Assembly (NCBI GenBank): GCA_977016875.1
Contig: CDRNST010000175.1
Span: forward strand, 744,001-808,000
Source of the DNA: Pavona decussata
Taxonomy: Eukaryota
Direction: 5' to 3'
Length of the DNA stretch: 64,000 nt
Below the pieces are notes generated by a model that was not told the origin of the DNA, made no database searches, and saw only the letters and a list, made by a program, of their open reading frames with translations. Below are positions 13,889 to 25,700 of this stretch, one piece after another; positions within the stretch are counted from its first letter, which is position 1, and every line of letters begins with the position of its first letter. The translations under genes were made by a program, and so were the position numbers.

Positions 13889-14877
13889 TTAAAGTTAGAA
13901 ACAGATTTCGTGGAGCGTGTTGCTGTACTCTCGGAGTACCCTCAATCCATCGAAACTGAAAAACACATCACAAAAAAAACTTTTCTAAATAATAGGTAGC
14001 TATGAATAGCACTTTATACACTTCGTCAATTTGTAAAACAAACTCTTTCATAATTGTTTAATTGCGTTCGACGTAGAAAGAACGCACTCCTAATACAGAT
14101 TGGAGTCTAGATTGTATGGGACAGTCGATCGATCAACGAATGGATCTTGGGACGCGTATCTGGCATCCCCCGCAGATTTTGCTGGGGCGGATGACATCAT
14201 CATCAACTTGGCAGAGACTGGGATAGAGAGCATCGAACGCACTCCCTATGTTTTGATTATTACCAGTTGTAGGAAGAATTAAAGCTTCCCAAGCTACAGA
14301 AAACTTGATGGGTTTTGGAACTGCATAGATTACAAATATACAACGTTTGTTGTTGAAATAGACACAAGAAGTAGACATTTATTTAAAATGGATGTAAGCT
14401 TAGTTTACAATTTGTTAATGGATATTACACTTTAGAGTGAAAATGAGAAAAGAAAATTTAAAAAAACAAATTTTAGTGCATCTGTCACTATTTAGCCATG
14501 GGGGGGGGAGGAGTCGAAGTGTTGTGATAGGTATTTTGTGGGATGCTCGTTAGGAAGGCATTTACTACACATTTAAACGGATTGTCTCTTTCCAGTCAGA
14601 AGTATTCACTGAAATTGTCTAGACGTTGCGAAAATGACCTAAGATTTTAATCGACGTTTAAAGTTCTCATAGATTCAAAGGAACGAAAATCACCTCTTGC
14701 ACAGGGAAAGCCCTATTAATGTCATCATTGAACTGGACTCCACAAAAGAAAAACCGGAGAAAAGTGGAAATATACGTATGTTGAAGAAAATTACAAGGAA
14801 AGAATTGAAATTTCGACGACTATGCCAAACACAATTCCAAGAAAACGATTACTCAAACGTTTCCAGTTTTCCGGCAC

Positions 14878-15825
14878 TAGCCTGCGTAGCTGGTGTAAAG
14901 TTTTGGAGGCGGAGCCGCTGGAAGCGAGCGGCGAAGCCGCGAGGAGAATAGGGAGGGGGACTTTGAAATACCGCCTGCACGAAAACCATGGGGTTTTGAA
15001 TAGCCCGCACACCAGTGTGCGGGAAAAACGGATTGGTCGAGAGAAGTACACACGTCAATCAAATGTTAGATGATCCCTCATATATTTCCCAAGGGACCCT
15101 TTGCTTTGCTTATGACAAACAAAGCGTTTAGAATGATCGACTTCGTTTGGTCGTCGAAAGAACAGTGCGAATCAATATGGCCATTCGGATTTACAATCAA
15201 TACTTTAGGGTGAGTGGTCTGTTTACCTACGGAACCCGATAAGGGTCACGAGTTGTCGCTTCTATTCCTGGAGGGACATCATTCTATTACAATGTGAGAG
15301 AGGGGGTGGGGTTGTCAGGAAAAATTTAAGAATCTAAAAGAGGTTTGTTACACTTTGTTAGCTTAATAGTTTTTTAAATCCCCCTCCCCCCCGCGTAATA
15401 TATTTTTCCAAGTTGTCGCTTCCTAGTTGTCGCTTTCAAATTGTCGCTTACATGTTGACGCTTCCAAGTTGTCGCTTCCGAGTCGAGTTGTCGCTTCCGA
15501 GTTGTCGCTTCCGAGTTTACTGGCTTTGTAGGCGTATCTCCCTTCGATGCAAATTCTCTGTTATTAACGTTATCCGCCAGCGCCATGCATGCAACAACAA
15601 CAAAGTGTACGACGGTGGCCTTCATTCGCGCGAAAATTGTCGGTTCTAATTGGTTGGTTAATGGGATCAGTTGAGGTCAATGAGGTGATAAAAGTGGGCG
15701 GCATTCAAAATACTCAAGTTCTCTGGCAGGCGGTATTTCTCGCGGCTTCGCCGCTCGCTTCTAGCGGCTCCGCCGCCAAAACTTTATTTCGCGCGCGCCT
15801 ACGACACCGCCAACTAAGCAAGCTA
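14878..15825. mobile_element. ~950-bp non-autonomous DNA transposon (TAGCCTG-type termini)
   Basis: Long imperfect TIRs: tagcctgcgtagctgg...gcggagccgctggaagcgagcggcgaagccgcgag vs ctcgcggcttcgccgctcgcttctagcggctccgc...ccaactaagcaagcta. Confidence 0.8.
15411..15517. repeat. 14-bp minisatellite (agttgtcgcttccg), ~7 copies
   Basis: Directly visible tandem units inside the transposon; one further isolated unit near 15250. Confidence 0.9.
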
Positions 15826-18273
15826 TTCTGGCACCATTCTTTCTGAGGGCATTTAATCTCGCGTACTTTTTTTTTTCTTCAATCGCAAGAATCACGAAAA
15901 TTAGCACGTAGGAAAATACGTTAAAGTAAGGTAGTTGCTTCAGGTTACAGGTGAGTCAACGGAATTGATAGATTGCAAACGAACTATACAGTACCTATTA
16001 TATCTAAAAGCACAAATAAAATTTGTCGCCAAAATTTCTGACTGTTTTAAAAACACTGCCACGTTTAATTTCTTAAAAGAGCTGATAGTTATTGGACAAA
16101 AAAATTACTTGAAGCTTGTAATCTTTACGGGAAACAAACCTATTCTACAATTTTGTACGATGCACATCAAAAAGCCCGCTATAAATAAACGACATCCCGA
16201 TGACGCAAAACTCCTTGATTCGTTTGGCTACCATGATGGATGGTGTTCGCTGATGCTGGGTAAACTTTGCTTTGCCCCTTTAAAAATTTGTCCAAACCTA
16301 CCCTGGTTGTCATTTGTCATTTTATTTTCGGACGTCACCAGGTAACTCAAACGTCCAACAACGTTTCACCCCGGTAATCCGGATTTCCCGGGAATCCAGG
16401 AAATTTTTGCCAGTGGAATCTAGAATCAAGTTCCTTGACAGTGATTTCCTAGCCTCACACGCAGTCGCATTTAAGGGATTCGTATCACCCTCGTCTCCAT
16501 GAATCGATCCAAAATCGACACAAATAGCCAGACTCCAAGGAGGTTCAGTCCCACTGTTTTTACTCTTATATTATAATACAAAATATGAAACAAGAAACAA
16601 ATAGTCGCGCAAAGGAGTTCAGGTGGGTATTTAATAATTAGTCGTAACTTTGCCGTTTTTCTCCCATAAAAAGTTTAATAGTTCGCTGTTACGTAACGGT
16701 TACCGTGATGGTAGCATTACAGAGGTCAACATAAAAGGCTTGTAGAGCTTGGGCTAACCATAGCGACATTACTTAAACATCTTCATTTTCTTTTTTCAAA
16801 CATATTAAACTTTTCTTTGTACATGCTTACTTTGTATTAAAATTATGTTTTGGATATTAGCTGAGAAAAGATATCATGGAAGTTTTCATCAGCCGCAACT
16901 CAAGCCAGCTATGAACTAAACCTTCCAGGGATCCTGTAAATAACCAAGGTTCGGAATTTGAAGCCGTATGACTACACGTTTTGCCAATAGAGAAAAAGTA
17001 CGCGCGCGTGAACCAGTGTCATTTTGGCGGGAAAACGAGATAGCCGTCGTCATTTTACTACGAGTTTTTGTGAGAACGGCGTAGTGGCGAAAACAAGTCA
17101 TTGAAACGTAGGTGATCTCGTCTTGATTTTGAGTCACGAAAGAGCTTAGCTATCAATCTTCAAAAGAACTGCGTCAAGTTCGTCGCTCAAAATAAAAAAT
17201 AAATAAATAAATAATTCTGGGACCTTTCAGGGGTTGTTTTCAAAATTTTCCACGATGGCAGCGAGTAAAATGCGAGCAATGAACAGGTAAAAAAACAAGA
17301 AAACAAGACCAAAACGGTTTTAATTCTGGTTTTAATTCATGACATAGTATGGCAAAATTGCAGCTGGAACTTGAACATTTCGAGTTATGAAAACTGGTTA
17401 AAGACACCCCGTCCGCGTTCTTTCTTCCAAGCGACACAAGCGTCCGGTAGGTATGATTCAATTACACGAGTTGCTTGATTAAAAACGTTGTGGTCTCCTC
17501 GGATATTTTGTCTCCGTTGTACTATGATTTACCTTTTCATTTGTGTAAATTAATTAAAATTGTATAGCTGTTGTATAAATGTAGCGTACTTGGCTAAAGT
17601 ACATTCGTTGGAAAGTAACATTACGTTAAGGATGTTGAGTCAGCAACTTACAGTGAGAAAATTTATCCTGCAGTCCTTTTTCCCGTTTGTCAAAGCGACT
17701 AAGTCGCATTCGCAAAAAAGAAATGATATATTTTTATACAGGTGTGCATCTAAAACAGGGATATCGCTTTGGACGAACGATTGATACATTAGGAGATAAA
17801 TGTTACATTTCTGGAAACTTCAATTGACTACTGACAAGTAATTACAAGAACAAGAGCAATGAAACTTAAATTTTTCCTAATAAACTTGTTCCCTTTTCCA
17901 AAAATTGACAGCAGCGGAAGGTATGAGTCAATTACACAAATTGATTGAAATCTTTGTCATCGCCTATCAAATGCGCTCATTTTATTTTAATTATCTCCAT
18001 ATATTGAATTATACAATTAAAATTATATAGATGTTGCATACTTGACTAAAGCATAGAGGACACCGACTTTATGCCGAGGATATTGATCCACTAACCTTAC
18101 GATAAGTCTTCTTTAGAGGTCAGTCTAATGAACAACTAATGTTGATCGCATCATATTCCATAAGGTTTTATCTCTGTTTTATTTTACAAGCAAGGTTCCA
18201 GCCATTTCAGGGGCTTTTGACGCAGATCTAATTTTGATGGAGACGCTAACACTGCCAACATAATGACAACCTT

Positions 18274-18528
18274 GGTTGCTTACCATTTACATGGAAAACC
18301 CGGAAATTCCGGTTGGAAAATCAAATGATACGCATCATTCCACTTGGAGTACTTCTGAAATTATGGGCTTCTGGTCAAAGTGATATATTTTTATTACTCG
18401 TTTTAGGATTTACAGCTGATGTTCATACATTTTGCATGTTATCCATCTTCTGTTAAGACGAGCTAACTCATTCCGTATTTATGCCGAAAATTTCCATCCG
18501 GGCGGTTTGCGTACTGATGGTAAGCACC
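18274..18528. mobile_element. MITE
   Basis: Termini ggttgcttaccat / atggtaagcacc with the internal palindrome ccggaaattccgg. Confidence 0.65.
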
Positions 18529-20756
18529 TCTCACCCTACATTTACGGTCCGGGATTGGTTTCATCTCGCGTTCGGGATATTTGCTTCTTAGTGTTTACAT
18601 GATTCCCGAATGAAATGATGTAAACAAGATACTTTTTTCTCCATCCCGTGAAAAGACTTTAACGTAAACCGGCGTCGCTTTTATTTACAGTTGTAACGAT
18701 GACATACATCTGTAATCAACACTTTTTAAACCAAAGAAACGCAAAACAATATTCAGCGTGTTCAAAACTGTGTTATTCACAACTTTATCGGACAGTATTT
18801 AGCAATGTCAAACCCTTCATTGTTTGGCGGGTTCACCCTGGAGTGGGCCAACTCCCTCAAACCCTTGTCAAATCGTGAAAAAACTTCTCCCGTTCCGGCC
18901 CAAGCATAACTAGCTGCCAGTCTGCTCATCATCGCCTCCGTATTAAAGTAAGTATACTATCAGGTCTCTCGTGTCTGTGCCTTCTTCCGATTAAATTTGA
19001 ATTTACAAATTACGCAACGATAACATCGCCGGCATGTTCCGACCGGCAATACGTTGCTTCCAATGACGAGCAGGAACGACAGAAATACGTGCTTGACGTT
19101 GCGATCTAAACAAAACACCAAGAATTGCGAAAGCCTACACGAAAACATTTCCTGGGTAAACAAAATGTGACGTTTTTGCAAACAAAAGGGTGGCCAGAGG
19201 CAGTGGCATCATTTCAGCCCTGTATTGAAGCAACTGTTGATTTGATCTTATTAGCTCTTTGGTAGTTGGGATTTTAAGAATCATTGTCGCACAAATCTTT
19301 TGTTTATGACAAATATTGTTTGGTTAAGGGATTTTCGGCTGTCTGCGTTACCTTAACTGTATTCCTTGGGTGCTATTACTCGCGTACGATAGAAGCCAAC
19401 TTTTACAGTCCTTGGGTGAATGAATGAACCACTACTGCCTTCCACAACTGCTGCAGCTGAGAAGCCTATTTTGAACTCGTTGCTAGGTAAGTGTTGATTA
19501 AATTTAAAATATTTGAGATGTGTCCAGAATATAGTCCCGGTTATGTTTACACTGCATTAATTAGTTTTAAATAAGCTTGTAAATGAATTGCTGATCTGGG
19601 TTATAAATGACCATGAATTAAATAACTGTCTTAAAGAAGTGTTAATGACAGTTTGAAGTAGGTATACAACCAATCAATTGCACAGAAATACTATCAGTAC
19701 TTTAACTACGTATTTCTAAGATAGGATCTCTCGGTATCTTCTACTTTCTCCATTTTCGCCACAAACCCATATGTATACTGCCCTCAGATACATGTCCACA
19801 CTTTCTTTGGCTAAAAGCTAAACAACTACAACTGAATCAAAAGCAAGTGTTGATCATACAGTCAAGATTAACAGAAGATTCTCAATCTTCAGTCTTGCGG
19901 CTTAAATAACTTTCTGCTCCAGGCCGGGACCTGCTGGTCGTTACCAGTGATCTCTGATGTGAATTATTCAGGTTAGAGATTTCGTGCATACGTTAACTTT
20001 AGTTTTAATAATCTTATGTACAGTAGAAGTTCATCGAAATGCTGGTGCGAAAATATTTTCTTACCAAAACAAAAACAGTTCCTTCGAAAATAACAGGGTC
20101 AATCGCACATCAAACTGTTTCGCTCGCACGCAGATTCCTAGGGACTCAGGTCATGTTTTAACAATAGTATGCTGTCTTTTATTTATTTTATTTGTTACGT
20201 TACCGCGTCAAATAATACTACGACCACCTGAACTCTTAAAATCATTTCTCGTGTTTCGAATGTAAATTTAGCAACACCAGCGAGCACTCCTTAAAATGCT
20301 TGTGGACGAGCGGACTAGCGACAGAGTCGCGAGTCCTGGTAAAAACGGACTTTAAGAAAATCTAGATTCAATCTACCGATGAACATCATTCAGTATACGT
20401 AGAATATCGTTCTTTCGTTTTCCAACATGGTTTGTTTAAATCAACAAAGTTTGATCTGCTAAGACTCTTTAAATCAATATTAAATAGGCAAAAAATTTCA
20501 GAGAACAGGAGAAATCAAGAGAAATTGCGGCTCATACTCGATTGAATCCCCACTCTCACCATTTTACGCGCCTGCCACGAATTAACGAACCTATGCAAAC
20601 CCGTAACCGGATTAACCGCGTCAACATACATTTGTTGACATTTTCAGCCCTCGAAAACAAATAACGATCCGTTTACAGTGAGGTACCCTGAGTGCACGAC
20701 GGCAAACAGAAAATCAATAGAATATATGTGATGGTATATTTTAAGCCTGGTGACTG

Positions 20757-21063
20757 AATGAGAATGATGTATTATTCAATGACACAGGCATACTCGGAAA
20801 AAGGAAATCCGAGTGCTCCTATTAGGAGTCGAGCCTAAGACCTCCTAGTTCGGATGCTCTACCACTGAGCTACAGGAGACTCGTGGGAGCTAAGGCCATT
20901 AAAGACCATTAAACTAGGTTCAAGGGACAAACATCCTGCATACTGCTAGGATTGGAATGTGATTTGTGGCATACGCACAATAAATGAGAATGATGTATTA
21001 TTCAGTGAGTGACCCAGGCATACTCAGAAAGTATGCCTGTGTCACTAAATAATACATCATTCT
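20757..21063 (-). repeat. tRNA-containing interspersed repeat (partly tandem, with foldback end)
   Basis: Reverse complement of the unit at 59872-60020 (tagctcagtggtagagcatccgaactag); a second unit starts ~20983 and folds back on itself. Confidence 0.8.
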
Positions 21064-24000
21064 TAAGGAAAATCAAGTGTGTAACTTTGGCAGTGTCCAA
21101 TTCAGATTTCAGTCCGGTATAATTCAATTCGCAATATAATAGCTGTAGATCAGCCCAAAAATTACACAAACACCAAGTGCTACAATTTAATTTGAGAGGC
21201 GGATGCCCTCGAATAAGGATTCGCTTCTTGCCTGTAACTTGAACAGTATAAATGGACGAGCGGTGTATCAATTTGCCGTAACATCCAAATGAGACATCTG
21301 AATATTAAAATGTCATAAATTAGTATTACCTGACTTAAGTATTAGAATCATATATTATTTTTGGAAGCGACCCCCATAAGTCATTGCTTTGAAATGTATC
21401 GTGTATAGCTAAAAGTTTTATGCGATGATAAAATGTTTAAAATCTCGCGTGTAAATCGTAAGTTGCATAAACAGAACAAGAGAGTAACGACGCAACTATC
21501 AAACGTATCATATGTCCATCACTAAACAGTTTTTTTTATTTTACGGACATTTAAAATATTCCACATTGGATAGTTGCTTGATAACCGGCACCATAAAAGG
21601 GGTTTGGAAAAAATAATTTTTGGTAACTTATCTAGATTGGACACAAATTTGTCTAGTTCCAGCGCATATACAGAGGAGAGAATATAATTCGCTATTGTTA
21701 ATTTCTTCTTCCTAACATATCCTACGCTACCATGACTACATGAGACACAAGTGTCTACCGTAACACAACAGCATGGTAGCAGGTGAAAAACACCGCCAAC
21801 CAACAGGACTTTTTGCTTGGTAGAAATTTCAAATGTATGCAATTGAAGCCTCCCTTTACAGAGTTTTTCAAAGCTGCATATCTGTGAAGTTGTAATACAT
21901 TATGTATAAAGAGTACCAAGGGCATAGGGAGAACAGATGCTCGCTGAAATGGGTTGGAATTAATGAGAGATCTTTGAAAAGAAACCGCTTAATGCTCAAC
22001 GTCAAGATCGGTTATTATTCAAACAGTAGGCGAAACATTTAGTAAACTGTGGGAGATATAAGAAGCATCGCATCTCGTTAATATTTTATTATATTGAGGT
22101 GCATTAATTATCATCTGAGTGTCACATATTGTCCAAACAGCCCGTGATCGGACTTCTTCGCTTAACAGCTGCAGCTGAGAAACTGCAAAAAACTATTACC
22201 AGTATTTTTACAGGAGGCTACTGCAAGGGTAAGTAAATAAGTGATGCAATGATATACACCAATATGTCGACTAAGTACAACTGAGTACCTAATGCGATAA
22301 ACAAATTATAACGTTTCGTGCGGATGAAAGGGCGATCGACTAAATAGCATCGGGCATTGAGCCGCGGTCGAAGGCAACCAAACAGAAATATCTTGCTTAA
22401 AGGAAGTCTTTAATTTATAAATTAACAAGGCCAACATTTTACGTTCCAATTTAGACTGAATAACATTGCTAGGAAGAGCAAAAAGTAAAAAAAGATTTTA
22501 TTCCAGTCGTGTACTTTGAAAATGAAGTCCTGATGATTTTTATTTTCATTGAGTGTACTGTTTCGTAGTTCAAATAGTCGTTGCGTGTGTTCATTGTAGG
22601 CTATTTACAGCTGCCTCGGTAGATGATATTCAACCGCAGTATTAGAAAAAGAACTTGAAAAAAGTACAGATATTGGTCAGTTTTGCGTGCAGAATAGTAT
22701 TCACTTGACCTTTATTAACATACAAGAAAGCTTTCAAACAGATAAACCATTTGGAAATTTTCAAGAGTTTCTTTGGTCGTTTGCCACTTTGGCAATTGAC
22801 CAATCTGGTGGCATTGGTGGCAGTTGCAGTGCAAGAAATAGCAGTGTGTATCTTTCCTTTACTGGACAGATTGGTACAAGTTTGACTGTATATTGATCGT
22901 ACATTTTACTTTGCAGTTTGTACGTATAACGCCATTGAATTTATGAATCCTGAGAAAAAGGCGGAAAAAAAAAACATCGAATAGTGTTTCTTATGCAAAT
23001 GCACATCGACGAATAGTTCCGTTCTGCTCGTTAACGAACAATAACCAGTATATAGGTGTTGTCTGTATGAGCCGAGTGTTTGAAAAATATAATACCAGGC
23101 CAAACTCTGCGGCCTCCAAATGTTATCACGGCACGAGTTTATTATCATTTACGAAATCATTGAAGCAATGTTTTCGCTTTAGCCTGCTATGGAAAATAAA
23201 CAGACTTCAAGCTGAACATTTACATACTGATTGAGTTTTTAAACTCTATTAAAATAGGTAACAGGTTTAAAGGCCAAGACTGGCTTGCTATCTATGTTGA
23301 TAGACTAAACTGAATAATTCACAATTATCCACCAACGTGGAAGTGGATAGTCTGGCGAGGTAAATATCTACGAGGTAAATAATTGTTTTAGTATATACCA
23401 ATCAAGTTAATATCTAGGCCCTAGTTGTTCAAAGACCGGATAAGTTGCTATCTAGCGGATACAATGTATTGGCTGGAATACATTTCCTCCACTGGATAGC
23501 GATTAGATTAATCGAGGGCCCAACCTAGCTTCCCCGTCGTGTGGGAAGATAGCGTGGGAGTCTAGGGGCAAACCCAACGGGCCACTTTATTCCTTTCAAT
23601 TCCCCCTCCCCCCCCCCAAAAAAAAAAAATCGCAAACGAAATCTAGTTCAACGTTAGAAGGTGAATAGGATATATTATCTGGAGCATAAGTAGTCAATCA
23701 GAACGCACGAAAACAATATCCATTGGATAGGTAATGTTATTATCCAAACGAGGCTTATTTTTTTAAAAAAAAATTGTGAGAATATTTTCGGTCGGCAATA
23801 AGTAAATTTTAGGTGCAAAGTCCACTTTATCTTATCCCTACGATTATGTTATTTTTTCCATCATTAACAAATTCTAAACAAAGCTAACAAAACAGGTCCA
23901 AAAATTAATTTTAAAGTAAAACGCATTAAAAGCCAAGATTTTTGCTATTTTGAAATGCGGGCAGGTGCAAAGCTGTTTATTTGAAAACTGCTTTTTTGAA

Positions 24001-25673
24001 AATTTTAAAATAAAATTCATTTTCATATGAATGGTGACTTCACTTTGTTAAACAGGCCTTAGGCAATTCATAATCGAAAATGGAGGCTATCGCTGGCTAA
24101 CTAGAGCCATGAGGGACAAAAATAATAGGATCGGTGATTTCATATTACGTTAAGCCTGATGTTAGCTTCCAAGATACCAGGGTTTAAGCTTTAAACTTTG
24201 GCTTCTTATATTTGTTTTCAGCTCCTCTTATATGGTTGAGTTTGGTTAAGGTCTTGTAACTCCCAAGGATGCTACAGCGATTTTTTTTGTCGCAAATGTC
24301 CAGACTAGTTTATAGCCTAACCGCATGTGAAATACAAACAATAAATATGACAGCCTGTGGAACTCATTGAACTTGTCATTTTTACACAGAACAACTTTGC
24401 ATTAGAAATCTTGTAGTAGACTGACTGAGCTGAAAAATTAGATGCCAGAAAGGTAACACATACGGGCTTGACTCTACTTCCACTCACTGAATTACAATAG
24501 TTCATTTGCAACAGTTCGTCACATGACCTCCCTTCCGTCAACACAGCGATTCAGCCCGTTTCAACAAATTTTTTCCCAGAAATGAAAATAACGGCTTAAA
24601 ATATGTTACCATGCAGATTCTCAGACTCATATTGTTTAAGCAGAAGTAGTTACGAACGCCAGAAGTTACAAGGATTTGTATGGAAGGAAGACGCTTTGCC
24701 AGTAATCTTTCATACAAATCCTTATATTTTTTCCGAGTTTCCAAACCGCCGTAAAATTCTTCCCTTGCACTTTGCAATTCCGAAAATTTCCATCCTTGCT
24801 AATTTATCCTCGCATATTCTACCTCTAATAAGAATAAGAATCCGACTTCTTTTTATAGCACTTCAATATGAAAAATTTCACTGGAGGGCAAACACTTCTC
24901 GCTTGTATACGAAAGTACTGAATTCTCGAGTTTACAAATGGTCAGAACTTCTCGACATCTAGTGGTATTTGTCTGAAAATTTACATTCTGGCTAAGTGAA
25001 ACATGATTTTCCATTTCTGGAATACATACAGCTTTAGCTGCAAGTTTACCAATTATCGATCAAGTGACTAACTGTTGCAAATAGCCCATTAAAGCCATAA
25101 CCCAGCAGAAAAAAAGCACGAAGAAATGCGGAATAAATAAATAGGAGATTAAGTTTACCCTGGGTTACATTGCCAGCAAATCCACACAAAACCACCACAC
25201 CAAGAGATCGTATTGTGCCCTGGGATTCACCGGCCTTGTGGCCTTGCACCATGACAGCAGTGTCCGATTGCCTATAATATTTTCCCCTTTTTCATTACTT
25301 GGAACAGCGCTTTAGGCTTTTGTTTTCCTTTCTCTTTTTTTTTTGTTTTCTTATCTCTACCGTTTTCATTTTAAATTGTAAATCAAAATTAGAAATTGGA
25401 ACACAAAACATCGACAGGTAAAGGGACATTTTAGCCGTCCTACCAGGTTGGAACGTAAGAACATAAGTGAATCAGTGGAGAGGGAACGCAAAACTCCCTC
25501 GCTCGAAAAAAAAATTTTATCACTAACTTTGACACTGTCTATCAATGATGTGTTTACTGAATTATTATGCACTTAAACTGTATACTGGGGCTAGAATATG
25601 CTTATCATTTTTTTTTTCGACCTCACAGGTCGTTTATCCGTGCTCTCACTGATTAACCAATCATACCACGCAC

Positions 25674-25700
25674 TGACCCACGCACTGACCCACGCACTGC
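25674..25700. repeat. Short tandem repeat (cccacgcactga), ~3 copies
   Basis: accacgcactgacccacgcactgacccacgcactg. Confidence 0.7.

Noticed and set aside
15411-15517. CRISPR-like array
   Set aside because: Contiguous 14-bp units without spacers, no cas genes, eukaryotic context.
23310-23760. Possible cluster of nested degenerate repeats
   Set aside because: It looks repeat-derived, but termini and TSDs could not be defined with confidence.
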